DNA of 64,000 nucleotides, from the NCBI GenBank assembly GCA_963819975.1, contig CAWFYE010000002.1, positions 52,844 to 116,843 of the forward strand, in the 5' to 3' direction. This stretch comes from an uncultured Verrucomicrobiae bacterium. GTDB lineage: Bacteria; Verrucomicrobiota; Verrucomicrobiia; Chthoniobacterales; UBA10450. Positions 40,619 to 51,079 of this stretch are shown one piece after another (position 1 is the first letter of the stretch; each line of letters begins with the position of its first letter). A model generated the notes under the pieces. It saw nothing but the letters and a program-made list of their open reading frames with translations. It made no database searches and was not told the DNA's origin. The position numbers were made by a program, and so were the translations under genes.

Positions 40619-41275
40619 ATGACAAAAAAGCTCTCTGGAATCGCGGCCGCTTTCCTTTTCTCTCTCGCCTGCAGCGCAGGCGCGGGCACGCTTACCATTC
40701 AAAACGGCCAGCCGAGTTTTAAGCCGCAGAGTTCTTTTACCGATAACGACATTTCTGCGGTAGTGCTGCACAATCCGCCGGGCGTGATGGGTGATGTCGT
40801 GCATCTCTTTGGCGATTCGCAGGTCGCGCCTGCGGCGCTGGCTCCCCGCATTTTGATCGGTGGTGGCTTCTCAGCCAACGCGGGAGATCTGTTTTCCGTG
40901 ATTTACGATTTCACTGTCAACCTCGGCACTCCGGATCCTATCACTCTCACCATTGGCGCCCAGACCATCGTTAATGGAGTGCAGCAGACCTTTAATACGG
41001 TGCTCAACATCGCGCCCGGCGTCGGACACTACCAGGGGCAGATTGACGGCCCTCTCTTCAGCCTCGCGACCAGCGGGCTTTGGAAGGGAAGCTTGTTGTT
41101 TAATTTCACGACCGCTGACGGCACCACGAATCCTCGCCCGGACGGTTTGCTCCTGAAAGTGCGGGCGGTTGATTATCAACTGGCCTCGGTGCCGGAACCT
41201 TCTTCGTACGTTTTCCTCGGGATGGGAATCGCGGCGCTGGCCTTCTTCGCCCTGCGCCGCCGCCAGGCCGCCTAA
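40619..41275 (+). CDS. PEP-CTERM sorting-domain protein
   Basis: Signal peptide MTKKLSGIAAAFLFSLACSAGA. C-terminal VPEPSSYVFLGMGIAALAFFALRRRQAA. Confidence 0.75.
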   Translation: MTKKLSGIAAAFLFSLACSAGAGTLTIQNGQPSFKPQSSFTDNDISAVVLHNPPGVMGDVVHLFGDSQVAPAALAPRILIGGGFSANAGDLFSVIYDFTVNLGTPDPITLTIGAQTIVNGVQQTFNTVLNIAPGVGHYQGQIDGPLFSLATSGLWKGSLLFNFTTADGTTNPRPDGLLLKVRAVDYQLASVPEPSSYVFLGMGIAALAFFALRRRQAA

Positions 41276-41345
41276 CGATTCGGTTGCGAGTCGGACTCTG
41301 TCCCCAGATTGAACGGTGCCTTTCGGAGTTCCGATTTCGTGCTCG

Positions 41346-42566
41346 CTATTGGTAGGGGAAGGGAATCTGCAAATCGAGCTCGAGATGCAGCGCATCAGCC
41401 AGCTCGGGATATTTCCGGGCGGCATCCTGAAAGTAAAAGTCGTTGACGCAGGACGCGAAAAGTCCCGGCGCCTGGCCGGCCCGCGCCTGCTGGATGAACT
41501 GGCGCGCTTCCTCGATGTGCCCGGCGCGAAGCTGGAGAGCGGCTGCCGTCATCAGCCAATCCACGGAGAGCGGTCCGGCGGATTCTTTTTGGGCGAGCTC
41601 GGCACTGACGGTTGAACCTTCCGCGGCCTCAATCCGTCCCATCCGGATCTTGAACTGGCAGACAGTCGCGTCCTGTTCATCGCGAGCGAGAAGGATGGCC
41701 TGCTCGTAATGGGGAATCGATTGCTTGGGCTTGAGATCGAGGCGCAAGGTCTCGCCCCAGTAGTAGTGATAATCGGAAACGAAAGGCGCAGCCTCGACCG
41801 CGGCCTCGAAGAAGCGCTCCGCCGCCGCCAGGTCGCGGCGCCGAACCGCGATCAAACCGCGATAGAAATTTGCCGCCTCCACATTTTCTCCAAAGGTGAT
41901 CGCGCGCGCGAAGGCCTCGTCAGCTGGTTCGAAATTGCGATTAGTGTAGAGGATTTTCCCGACCCGAAAAAGAATCCCGCGGTAGCCGAGGTCCTTCCTT
42001 TTCGCGGCCAGGAAACGGTCGACCGCTTCCTGCCATTTGCCGGCCCGTTCGTCGAGCAGGGCCTGATTAATCAGATCGGGCGCGGCGACTCCCGGGAAAG
42101 GATCGGGGCCGCTCTCGTCCATCGCGGGCGCGTTGCGAGAGGCGATGAGGAACTTGATGTAATTGAGTTTGGTCCCTCCGTAGAAAGCGAGCCCGAGGAG
42201 CAGGATGGCGCCGAGGATAATGAACGCCTGTTGCAACTCGATAACACGGGCTCCCTTGTCTACCTGCGGGATGACGGCGACACCAGCGGGTGGCGCGTTG
42301 TCCTCTTCTCGATCGTGCGCCTCGTGTTTTTTTTCCGCGGAGCGCGCTCTCGGCGTTACCTCCGGTTCAGTTGGCGCGGGCGGAGGCGGTTTGCTCTCCG
42401 GTGCCGCTTTGCTCACCGGCTCGTTAGGCACGGGACGCGGAGTGTCGAGGAAACGCCGCTGCTCGGGAGTCAGGCCGCGCCGCCGGCTGCCAGAAGGCGA
42501 CGAGACCGGCTGCGATTCCGGCTCGCTGCTCGACGGTTCCGGTGCGCCTGATTTTTCTTCCGCCAT
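41346..42566 (-). CDS. membrane-anchored TPR repeat protein
   Basis: Pro/Ser-rich N-terminus, one TM helix, then TPR-like A..F..A.......A.YY.G repeats. Confidence 0.65.
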   Translation of the reverse strand: MAEEKSGAPEPSSSEPESQPVSSPSGSRRRGLTPEQRRFLDTPRPVPNEPVSKAAPESKPPPPAPTEPEVTPRARSAEKKHEAHDREEDNAPPAGVAVIPQVDKGARVIELQQAFIILGAILLLGLAFYGGTKLNYIKFLIASRNAPAMDESGPDPFPGVAAPDLINQALLDERAGKWQEAVDRFLAAKRKDLGYRGILFRVGKILYTNRNFEPADEAFARAITFGENVEAANFYRGLIAVRRRDLAAAERFFEAAVEAAPFVSDYHYYWGETLRLDLKPKQSIPHYEQAILLARDEQDATVCQFKIRMGRIEAAEGSTVSAELAQKESAGPLSVDWLMTAAALQLRAGHIEEARQFIQQARAGQAPGLFASCVNDFYFQDAARKYPELADALHLELDLQIPFPYQ

Positions 42567-42689
42567 AAATGTTCCTGTTGGGTGGTCGAGCTGCGATGAT
42601 GCGGAAACCAGTTGTTCAGTCGATTCTATTTTTGCAGCAACTGGTGCAGCCGATCGTGCGGCAGCGCCTCCACTCTGTGCTCGCCGCGA

Positions 42690-44040
42690 TTAGTTCAGGC
42701 CCAAAGCAATCGCTACGATGATCGAGACCACGCCGAGCGCGCAGAGCATTAGGTAAAGCGGGAAGACAAACCTCAGCCAGTCTTCATACGGCACCCGCGC
42801 CGCGGCGATGACCGCCACGAGTGCGCCATTGGTCGGGGTGAGCAATTCGCACAAGCCGGCACCGTATTGGTAAGCGAGGACCGTAACCTGCCGCTGCAGA
42901 CCGAGCAGATCGGATACCGGCACGAGCACGGGCAGGGTAAGCACCGCCTGGCCGCTCACGCTCGGGACCGGAAAATGGACGAAGGTATGCATGATCATCA
43001 TGCCGAGAGCGGAAAGCGCGACCGGCAAATGGGTGAGCGGCGAAACCATCCCGTGCACGATCGTGTCGATGATCTTGCCTTCGTTCATAACGACGAAAAT
43101 TGCGCGCGCGAAGCCGATCAGGAGCCCGGCGAAGGCCATCGATTTGAACCCTTCGACGAACGCTTCCGCCGTCCCACCGATCCGGAGTCCGCCGATCAAG
43201 CCAACCACGATGCCCATGCCAAAGAAGAGGGCCGCCATCTGGTTGAAGTCCCATCCGAGCCGCATCACGCCGAAGATAAAGAATGCGAAAGTTCCGATCA
43301 CGATGAGGAGAACGGTCAGCTTGCGCGCGGTGAAATTGCCTGGCTCGGCGCCGCTATCCGCCTCCGGTTCAGTCCGCGTTTTCGCGGCGTAACGCATCGT
43401 GCCTCCAGTCCAAAGTGCGACCGCGAGGACGAGAAAGACGACGCGAAAACCCAGGCCCGAGAGCAGCGGCAGACCGGCCAGTTTTTTGTGCGATGCCGAC
43501 CTGGAATGGATTGACCGGGCTGAAGGCCGCACCAACCGCCGCCGCGCCGATGCTCATCGCGACCGCGGTCATCGCGTTGTAACCCATCCGGCGCGAAAGC
43601 AGAAGGAGAACCGGGACGAGCGGGATGATTTCCTCCGCCAAATTCTCCAGGACACCGCCCGTCGCGAAAAAAGCGCAGACGATCGGAATCACGAGCACCT
43701 CGCGGTTGCGCAGCATGCGGACTAACGAACCGACCGCTTCGCGCACGGCGCCGGTCTGGTCGAGAACGGTGAACGCTCCGCCGGCGAGGAAGACGAAGAA
43801 AATGATCGACGCGGCGTCGACCATTCCCTTGGGAATCGCGACCGCGGCCTGGAAGAGATTTACGGGCTGTTGCGGGACGCGATGATAAGTTCCCGCCACG
43901 ACGACTTCACTTCCCGTCACCGGGTCCTTCGCGCGCTGATATTCGCCGGCGGGCAGCAAATAGCTCAGCAAGGCCGCGAGCAGAATCGCACCCGCGAGCA
44001 GGACGAGGGTGTGCGGAAATCTTGCAGCGGTCTTTGGCAT
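42690..44040 (-). pseudogene. YfcC/C4-dicarboxylate-anaerobic-carrier-type transporter, one frame disruption as assembled
   Basis: The N-terminal 43369-44040 ORF (...SPVNPFQVGIAQK) continues as LAGLPLLSGLGFRVVF... in the 42690-43535 ORF. The shift lies in a run of six T (43482-43487). Confidence 0.8.
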
Positions 44041-44068
44041 CGGTCGCGCGGAGCAGTGTCGCAGCGGA

Positions 44069-45250
44069 TTACTCGGCGAAGCGATTGTATTTCTTCAGGA
44101 GCTCGCGCACGCGATCGTGGGGCAGGGCTTTCACTTCATGGCCGTCGCGCCCGATCATGTCGTGGTTATCGACCAGGGTGTTGACGATCGCTTCCTCGGT
44201 TGCTTCGACCACGGCGGAAAAGATCGGGTCGAGGCGATCGTTAGGCACCGTTTGCACGCTGACCGTTGGCTTTTCCGGATTGGCCGCGCCGGGGTTGGCG
44301 GTGGAGAAGGCGAGGAACAAATCGCCGGAACCATTCCCAGAAGTGGCTCCGGTGCGGGCCAGGCCAAGACTGGCGCGGCGCGCGAGGCGCTTCAATTGTC
44401 CCGGCAAAAGCGGCGCGTCGGTCGCGATCACGATGATGATGGAGCCCGTGTCTTTTGGGTAAACCGAGCCCGGAATTTCCTTGCCGACCGGAACACCGGC
44501 GATCGTCAATTGCGCCCGGCGACCGCAATTGGCCTGTACGAGCAAGCCGATGGTGTAACCGCCATCTTTCCTCTCGAGCACGCGCGAGGCCGTGCCGGTA
44601 CCGCCTTTGAATTCATAACAAATCATTCCGGTGCCACCGCCGACACTGCCCTCCGCAACAGGACCGTCTTTCGCGTTGTTAAGCGCTTGCGCTACGTCCT
44701 CCGGTTTCACGTGGAAGCCGTTGATATCATTCAACCAGCCGTCCCATGTCTCCGCCACGACCGGCAGACTCCACCAGTAACCGGTCTTGTCCGCTGCGCC
44801 GTGCGCGAGTCGCCACTTGACGACCGCGTCGCGTGCCACGCCGACGCTGTGGGTGTTGGTGATTATGACTGGCCCCTCGAGGAACCCGCTTTCCTCGACC
44901 CAGGCCGTGCCGGTCATCTCGCCGTTTCCGTTCAAGCTGAAAGCACCGGAATAAACGGGATCGTTGAGTGAATTGTATCCGCGCGGAATGATCGCGGTTA
45001 CGCCGGTGCGCACCGGGCCCTTGCCGACATCGAGTTTCCCCTCACCGCTGATCAGGGTCGTGAATCCGACTTCGACTCCGGCAACGTCCGTGATTGCGTT
45101 CAGTTTTCCTGGCGTGCCATCGAACGGAATGCCGAGCGCACGCGCGCGGATGGCGGGCGCTTTGGGCGGCGCGGTTTGTGGTTCGCGGGCCAGGAGGGGA
45201 GCTGGAGCAAGGATCAATGCGAGACACGTCGCGCAGAAGGTTCCGTTCAT
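44069..45250 (-). CDS. P1/S58 (DmpA-type) aminopeptidase family protein
   Basis: Signal peptide, then GVEVGFTT...VRTGVTAI...GGGTGMICYEFKGGTGTASR pattern. Confidence 0.8.
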   Translation of the reverse strand: MNGTFCATCLALILAPAPLLAREPQTAPPKAPAIRARALGIPFDGTPGKLNAITDVAGVEVGFTTLISGEGKLDVGKGPVRTGVTAIIPRGYNSLNDPVYSGAFSLNGNGEMTGTAWVEESGFLEGPVIITNTHSVGVARDAVVKWRLAHGAADKTGYWWSLPVVAETWDGWLNDINGFHVKPEDVAQALNNAKDGPVAEGSVGGGTGMICYEFKGGTGTASRVLERKDGGYTIGLLVQANCGRRAQLTIAGVPVGKEIPGSVYPKDTGSIIIVIATDAPLLPGQLKRLARRASLGLARTGATSGNGSGDLFLAFSTANPGAANPEKPTVSVQTVPNDRLDPIFSAVVEATEEAIVNTLVDNHDMIGRDGHEVKALPHDRVRELLKKYNRFAE

Positions 45251-45254
45251 GTTT

Positions 45255-45337
45255 GGACAGGATTAACAGGATTTGACTGGATTAAAAGAAGCTTGCGTTG
45301 GAGGCGCGTCTCCCCAGCAAATCCGTTAATCCTGTCC
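45255..45337. repeat. 83-bp inverted repeat in the divergent peptidase/dnaX spacer
   Basis: GGACAGGATTAACAGGATTTG (45255-45275) pairs with CAAATCCGTTAATCCTGTCC (45318-45337), with a single bulge and a 42-nt loop. Confidence 0.7.
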
Positions 45338-45388
45338 TGTTTCCAGTTTTCTGTTTTCGCCTCCACGGCGAGGCACTAGATTGGGCGC

Positions 45389-47062
45389 GTGAGCTACCAG
45401 GTTTTCGCGCGCAAATATCGGCCGCAGACCTTTGGAGATCTCGTCGGCCAGGATCACGTCACGCGCACTCTGCAGAACGCGGTCGAACAGAACCGCCTCG
45501 CCCACGCCTACCTTTTTGTCGGCCCGCGCGGGATCGGCAAGACCTCGACCGCGCGCATTCTGGCCAAGGCGCTCAATTGCATTCACGGCCCCACGACCAC
45601 GCCCTGCGGAGTTTGCGACAACTGCAAGGAAATCGCGGCCGGCAACAGTCTCGACGTCCTCGAAATCGACGGCGCGAGCAACAACGGCGTCGAGCAGGTG
45701 CGCGAGCTGCGCGACAATGTTCGTTATGCGCCGGCCAAGGCGAAATACAAAATCTACATCATCGACGAAGTGCACATGCTCACTCCGCAGGCCTTTAACG
45801 CCCTCCTCAAAACTCTCGAGGAGCCGCCCGAGCACGTAAAATTCATCTTCGCCACGACCGAACCGCAGAAAGTTTTGCCGACCATCCTGAGCCGTTGCCA
45901 GCGCTTCGATCTCCATCGCATCCCGGCCAACCTGATCGCGCAGCATCTCCAATTCATCTCTGGGAAAGAAAAGATCACGCTCGAGCCCGCGGCCGCGCAC
46001 GCGATTGCGCGCGGGGCCGATGGCGGTCTGCGCGACGCGGAATCGATGCTCGACCAGCTGGTCGCTTTCTGTGGCGAGGAAATCGCGGAGCGCGACGTGC
46101 TGGATGTCTTTGGGTTTACAAGCGAGCAGACCGTCGCCGGATTCACAGAGAAAATCCTCCGCGGCCAGCCCTCCGAAGCGCTCGGCCTGCTCGACGAGCA
46201 GGCCGCGGCCGGCAAGGAAATGATGAAGCTGATGGGCGACTTGATCGCGCACCTGCGTGACCTGCTCGTCTTCAAGGTGCGACCCGATGCGCTGGCCGAC
46301 GAGGCAGCGCCCGAGATTCAATCGTCGTTAGGCGAAGAGGCGGCCTTGATCGAGACCGACCGCCTGCTCGAGCTGATCGAGCAATTTGCGGAAGCGGAAG
46401 GCCGGATGAAATGGGCGCCTAACAAGAAGCTGCATTTTGAGGTGGCGGTAATCAAGGCCATCCAGACCTTGGACCAGGTCACCCTGAGCGAAGTAATCGA
46501 CAATCTCGCCGCCCTCCGCGGCGGCGGCACCTCCACTCCTCGCCCTCCTACGCCCACTCCTGCTCGTGCTCCTAATCCTGCTCCTGCTCCCTCCCCAAAA
46601 GCGAAAACGCCCGCCGAGCCTCCCGCACCCGCCGCCGCGGTAGAACCGCCGCCCGAGCGCCCCGCCCCCGAGATGGCCGCCGTCTGGCCAAAAGTCGTTC
46701 AACTCGCCGGTGCCCGTCGCCCTTTGCTCAAGACCTGGCTGGCCGTCGCCCATCTTCTCGGGACCGAGGGGCGCCACGTCCTCATCGGGTTCGCCCCGGG
46801 CGACAAGACGGTCATGGAATCGCTCGAACGCCCGGCTAATCGCAGCTTCCTGGAAGAGCTACTGAAGGAGGCGAGCGGGAATGAATGGGCGCTCAAGCTG
46901 AGGCTGGTCGATGATTTGCCCGCTGCGCCGGCCGAAACTCCCGCCCGGAACGAGCCGGAGAAACCGCTGCCTAGCGAACCGCGCGACACTTTCAAAGATG
47001 ATCCCCTGATCCAGGAAGCCCTCGAAATTTTTAAAGGCGAAATCAAATCCGTCACCACCTGA
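45389..47062 (+). CDS. dnaX: DNA polymerase III subunits gamma/tau
   Basis: YRPQTFGDLVGQDHV, GPRGIGKTSTARILAK, CGVCDNC and IIDEVHMLT motifs. Pro-rich linker. GTG start. Confidence 0.92.
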   Translation: MSYQVFARKYRPQTFGDLVGQDHVTRTLQNAVEQNRLAHAYLFVGPRGIGKTSTARILAKALNCIHGPTTTPCGVCDNCKEIAAGNSLDVLEIDGASNNGVEQVRELRDNVRYAPAKAKYKIYIIDEVHMLTPQAFNALLKTLEEPPEHVKFIFATTEPQKVLPTILSRCQRFDLHRIPANLIAQHLQFISGKEKITLEPAAAHAIARGADGGLRDAESMLDQLVAFCGEEIAERDVLDVFGFTSEQTVAGFTEKILRGQPSEALGLLDEQAAAGKEMMKLMGDLIAHLRDLLVFKVRPDALADEAAPEIQSSLGEEAALIETDRLLELIEQFAEAEGRMKWAPNKKLHFEVAVIKAIQTLDQVTLSEVIDNLAALRGGGTSTPRPPTPTPARAPNPAPAPSPKAKTPAEPPAPAAAVEPPPERPAPEMAAVWPKVVQLAGARRPLLKTWLAVAHLLGTEGRHVLIGFAPGDKTVMESLERPANRSFLEELLKEASGNEWALKLRLVDDLPAAPAETPARNEPEKPLPSEPRDTFKDDPLIQEALEIFKGEIKSVTT

Positions 47063-47066
47063 TTCC

Positions 47067-47381
47067 ATGAATATAAACAAGTTAATGAAGCAAGCGCAGA
47101 AGATGCAGGAGCAAATGGCCAAGACCCAGGCCGAGCTCGAGGAAAAAACCGTCGAGGTCACGGCTGGCGGAGGCAAGGTGACGGTGGTTGCAAACGGCGC
47201 GGGCGACGTTCTCTCCATCAAGATCGCGAAGGAGATCGTCGATCCGGAGGATGTGGAGATTCTGGAAGACCTGATCCTTAGCGGCGTGCAGCAAGCGATT
47301 ACGCAAGGCAAGGAGATGGCCAATAGTGAAATGACCAAGATCACCGGTGGCATGCCCGGTCTTGGCGGGCTCGGTCTGTAA
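47067..47381 (+). CDS. ybaB: nucleoid-associated protein YbaB/EbfC
   Basis: 104 aa, MNINKLMKQAQKMQEQM...GGGKVTVVANG...DPEDVEILEDLI, immediately after dnaX. Confidence 0.9.
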   Translation: MNINKLMKQAQKMQEQMAKTQAELEEKTVEVTAGGGKVTVVANGAGDVLSIKIAKEIVDPEDVEILEDLILSGVQQAITQGKEMANSEMTKITGGMPGLGGLGL

Positions 47382-47412
47382 GGGAGAACGCTTTGTTGAC
47401 CTGAGATCGCCG

Positions 47413-48195
47413 CTACAACGGGCAGAGAGTCCGCTGATGACCCTCGAAAATGCTGACTTCGCCGATGCCCAGTTCCGACATCTTCGCCGCCAACCGTTCG
47501 AAGTTTTCCCCCTGTTGGACGTGTGAATGCCCGTCGGACGCAGTCGTGAAGGGAATGTCCCTCTCGATCGCCAGATGAATGATCTCATCGGATGGATAGA
47601 GCTCGTTCACCGGTTTTCGCCAGCCAGCGGTCGAGAGTTCTAGGCAGAGACCGCGAGCCGCGATGAAGTCGAGCGTCTCTCCGATCAGAGTTTCGATTTT
47701 AGCCTTCGGGCGATGTCCGTGAATTTTGATGAGATCGAGATGCGACAGGCAATCGATCAGGCCGGTCGCCGCGACCTCGCGGACGCGCTGGAAATAATCC
47801 GCGTAGATCTCGTCGATGTTGCGACCGGCAAGCTGCTCAGCGCCGGCCGGTATGCTGTCGAACATCTCATCCGGACGCTCGAGAAAGTGGACTGATCCAA
47901 GGACGAAATCGAGCCGGTCCCAATTTTTCTCCACCCAGGCGCGGCCGGCCGCGGAATGTACCGGGTCGTTGTCGAGCTCGATTCCGGCGCGGATTTTGAG
48001 ATCGGGATTCGCCTCGCGCAGTCGGTCGATTTCATCGAAATCGACGCCCGGATAGTAGCGATCATGATCTGTGATGGCGAAATCACGGAGCCCGATCTGG
48101 CGGGCGTGATCGGCCCAGGGCTGCAGGAGTTCCTCCGAGTAAGGCTGTAATCTGTGGCCTTGCGGGTGCAGGTGGTAATCGGAAAAAAGCTTCAT
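47413..48195 (-). CDS. PHP-family histidinol-phosphatase-like protein
   Basis: DYHLHP...ITDHD...GSVHF...SHLD...ASDGH metal-ligand pattern. ATG at 48195 preferred. Confidence 0.75.
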   Translation of the reverse strand: MKLFSDYHLHPQGHRLQPYSEELLQPWADHARQIGLRDFAITDHDRYYPGVDFDEIDRLREANPDLKIRAGIELDNDPVHSAAGRAWVEKNWDRLDFVLGSVHFLERPDEMFDSIPAGAEQLAGRNIDEIYADYFQRVREVAATGLIDCLSHLDLIKIHGHRPKAKIETLIGETLDFIAARGLCLELSTAGWRKPVNELYPSDEIIHLAIERDIPFTTASDGHSHVQQGENFERLAAKMSELGIGEVSIFEGHQRTLCPL

Positions 48196-48245
48196 CCCTT
48201 TTGACGATCGTTCTCCCGCGGCTGCGGGATCAGGATGACAACCCC

Positions 48246-48758
48246 TCACTGCGAGGCGATCGACTTGCGTTGCGCGTCCAATTCCGGATAGGCCGGGACG
48301 GTTACCTCTACGGCAAAGACTTTGCCCGGAACCAGTTCGCGCGTCGCGATCGTTTCTGAGTATTCGACATGTTCGCCCGGATTAATCAAAAGTGTGCCGA
48401 CCTGCTCGGCAAAGGCCCGGTTGTCGGACCAGCGCGTTACGACCCGGCCGGAGGAATCGTGGAGCAGGATCTCGATCCGTTGTTCGGTCGGAAAAACCAG
48501 TTCGACAGCGCGTTCGCCCCGGTTGGTCAGGATGACGTGCACGGGCAACTGGCGAACTTCAGAAAGTTTCAGGGGCTCGGAGGGAAGCTCGACCGTGAGG
48601 ATGAGGCCGCGAATCTTCTTGTCCTTGTATTGTGGAACCTGTTCCGAGGAATCGAAGGGATGAAAAAGCCGTCCGAGCCAACTGCGCTTCTCCTGCGCCG
48701 GCGCCTCATGGACCGAGAGGATCAAGATCAGCGCGCTGCAGACGAACGTTAGTCTCAT
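48246..48758 (-). CDS. secreted hypothetical protein (BsuPI-like fold suspected)
   Basis: Signal peptide MRLTFVCSALILILSVHEAPA from the ATG at 48758. The beta-rich LPVHVILTNRGERAVELVFPT pattern is only a weak resemblance. Confidence 0.45.
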   Translation of the reverse strand: MRLTFVCSALILILSVHEAPAQEKRSWLGRLFHPFDSSEQVPQYKDKKIRGLILTVELPSEPLKLSEVRQLPVHVILTNRGERAVELVFPTEQRIEILLHDSSGRVVTRWSDNRAFAEQVGTLLINPGEHVEYSETIATRELVPGKVFAVEVTVPAYPELDAQRKSIASQ

Positions 48759-48812
48759 TCGCTCCAAAGAGGCCAACGTTGCAAAAGCTGTCAAACCCTT
48801 TATCAATCCGCC

Positions 48813-49277
48813 ATGAGGACTCTGCTTGCGGCCGCGCTCTTTTTTGCGCTCGGATGGGGGGCCGAGGCCGGCCCGCGCCATTGCACTTTCCGGGTCCACA
48901 TCGCAGCCAATGAGAACGACGGCTCTGTTTTCGCGCAGCCGATTCGATCCCTTACGGGTCGTGATGTCTTCATCGAAAAAACCGCCTGGTTGAGCGAGCG
49001 GGACGTCAAGGCCTACTACCCGTATCGCGCCGCCGACGGCAGCTACGCCGCCCTCCTCCAACTTGATGATCACGGGAGGACCGTGCTCGATACCTTGAGC
49101 GTCGAGCATCGCGGAGCCTTGCTCTATGTTTTTTTGAATGGCCGGCCGCTGACCGAATTGCAGATCGATCGTCGGGTCAAGGACGGCAGGATCTACCTCG
49201 GCTCCGGACTGACCGAAGCCGATATTAAACTAATGAACAAGGATTGGAAATTGATTGGCGGGCGGATAAGAAAATGA
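48813..49277 (+). CDS. secreted hypothetical protein
   Basis: Signal peptide MRTLLAAALFFALGWGAEA. The stop overlaps the next start (ATGA). Confidence 0.5.
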   Translation: MRTLLAAALFFALGWGAEAGPRHCTFRVHIAANENDGSVFAQPIRSLTGRDVFIEKTAWLSERDVKAYYPYRAADGSYAALLQLDDHGRTVLDTLSVEHRGALLYVFLNGRPLTELQIDRRVKDGRIYLGSGLTEADIKLMNKDWKLIGGRIRK

Positions 49278-50308
49278 GGGGCGGCGTGCGCGCGGTTGCG
49301 CTGCTTATTCTCGTCATGTCCGCAATTGCCCGAGCTGAGGATGCTCCGGTCAACCTGACCCTTCCGACCGATAATACCGCTCTCCTCCGCGGTGACGGCG
49401 CGGACTTTTACCAGGTCATCGAACGCAATCTGCATGGGGTGATTTCCTACCCTTGGCAGGGCGGGCAATACGGTTTCGTGCGCGATCCGGTGGAGACGGC
49501 GGCGGGCACGGTTTACACGCGTTTCCATGAAGGCATGGACATCAGGCCGCTGCGCCGCGACGCGCGCGGCGAACCGCTCGACGAGGTCCGAGCGATGGCA
49601 GACGGCAAAGTCGTTTACACGAACCAGGCAGCGGGCGCTTCAAACTATGGCCGCTACGTGGTGGTCGAGCATCGCTGGGGCGGCTCTCCTTATTACAGCC
49701 TCTACGCGCATCTCAGCGCGATCGCGGTTGAGGCCGGACAAGAGGTGAAGCAAGGCGAAAAGCTCGCCATCATGGGCCACACCGGGAGTGGGATTAATCG
49801 CGCGCGTTCCCACGTCCACGTCGAGCTCAATCTGCTCCTGAACGATCACTTCGAGGACTGGCATAACACCTTTTTTAGAGGTGAACCGAATCGGCATGGC
49901 ATCTACAACGGGCTCAACCTCGCCGGTCTCGATCTTCCGCGACTCATTCTCGCAGCGCGCCGTAACCCTGCGCTCACCCTGCCGGCCTTCCTCGGGCGCG
50001 AAGAAGTCTTTTACAAAGTGCTCCTGCCGAACACACCTAACTTTCAGTTGCCCCAGCGCTACCCGTGGATGTTGGAGCGCAAGCCTAACGAGAAGCCGGT
50101 CTCCTGGGAAGTTTCCTTTACCCGCTCGGGGCTCCCCTTGCGGATCGCGCCGAGCAGCCGCGCGGTGAGTGCGGCCGAGCTTTCCTACGTCAAGCCGAGC
50201 CCGGGTGATTTGCGGAATCTTACCCGTCATCTCGCCGGCCGCGGGAGTAGCGCGCGTCTGACCGAGAGCGGGAAAACCTACATGCGCCTGCTCACCTTCC
50301 CGGATTAA
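49274..50308 (+). CDS. M23 family metallopeptidase
   Basis: HEGMDI, YAHLS...GQ.V..GE.LA.MGHTG and SHVHVEL motifs. Signal peptide from the ATG at 49274. Confidence 0.8.
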   Translation: MRGGVRAVALLILVMSAIARAEDAPVNLTLPTDNTALLRGDGADFYQVIERNLHGVISYPWQGGQYGFVRDPVETAAGTVYTRFHEGMDIRPLRRDARGEPLDEVRAMADGKVVYTNQAAGASNYGRYVVVEHRWGGSPYYSLYAHLSAIAVEAGQEVKQGEKLAIMGHTGSGINRARSHVHVELNLLLNDHFEDWHNTFFRGEPNRHGIYNGLNLAGLDLPRLILAARRNPALTLPAFLGREEVFYKVLLPNTPNFQLPQRYPWMLERKPNEKPVSWEVSFTRSGLPLRIAPSSRAVSAAELSYVKPSPGDLRNLTRHLAGRGSSARLTESGKTYMRLLTFPD

Positions 50309-50313
50309 CGAAC

Positions 50314-51079
50314 GTGCGGCGGCTCACCCGGCGTCAGTTCCTCGGGCTCGGTCTCGTCGCTTTGCCAGCCGCGGCTGGTCTGGATGCACGCTTTGCAGAG
50401 CCGACCTGGCTGCGAGTGACGCAATTCGATCTGAAACCGGAACCGACCTGCCGTTTCGTGCAGTTCAGCGATCTGCATTACAAAGGCGATGCCAATTATG
50501 TCGCGGGCGTGGTGCGGAAAATCAATGCGCTCGAGCCGGAGTTTCGCCTGCTTCACCGGCGACCTTGTGGAAGACAAGAGTTTTGCCCCGGCGGCGCTCG
50601 ATTTCATCCGCCAGATCGAACGACCGGTTTACGGCTGCCCGGGAAACTGGGATTACGGCAGTGGAGCGGATTTTCGGGAATACGAGAAAGCTTTTCGCGC
50701 GACCGGGGGCGAATTTCTGGAAGACCGCAGTGTCGTGCTCGGTCCACATAATCTCGAATTGATCGGTATGGGCCTGCGCGGGGTCCACCGACTCGGCGAC
50801 GCTCAGGCGAAGCGCCGGCTCTTGCTCATTCATTACCCGATCCAAGCCGATCGTCTTGACGGGCGGCGTTACGATTTGATCATCGCCGGGCATTCCCACG
50901 GTGGCCAGGTGCGCATTCCATTCTACGGCGCGCCGGTCCTGCCTTATGGGGTCGGGCGTTACCAATGCGGCCGTCATGATTCGTTAGGCGGGTCACTCTA
51001 CGTCAACGTCGGCATTGGCACCTACATGATCCCGGTGCGGTTCAATTGCCGCCCGGAACTCACCGTCATCAGGCTGTGA
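50314..51079 (+). pseudogene. Tat-signal metallophosphoesterase, one frame disruption as assembled
   Basis: RRQFLGLG Tat motif and FVQFSDLHYKGD are in one frame. ACFTGDLVED...GNWDY...IAGHSHGGQ is in the next frame. The shift lies at TTT 50542-50544. Confidence 0.75.

Noticed and set aside
45251-45388. SRP (4.5S) RNA, which often precedes dnaX.
   Set aside because: The conserved SRP domain IV sequence (GGAA/AGCA-type symmetric loop motifs) is absent. The region is a simple long hairpin.
35231-46341. purM and dnaX share the peptide QSSLGEE and 14 identical nucleotides (TCGTTAGGCGAAGA) around their motif copies, which might indicate a small inserted cassette.
   Set aside because: With about 500 pairwise comparisons among 32 copies, a 5-nt flank match is expected by chance. 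The upstream Gln/Ser codons differ.
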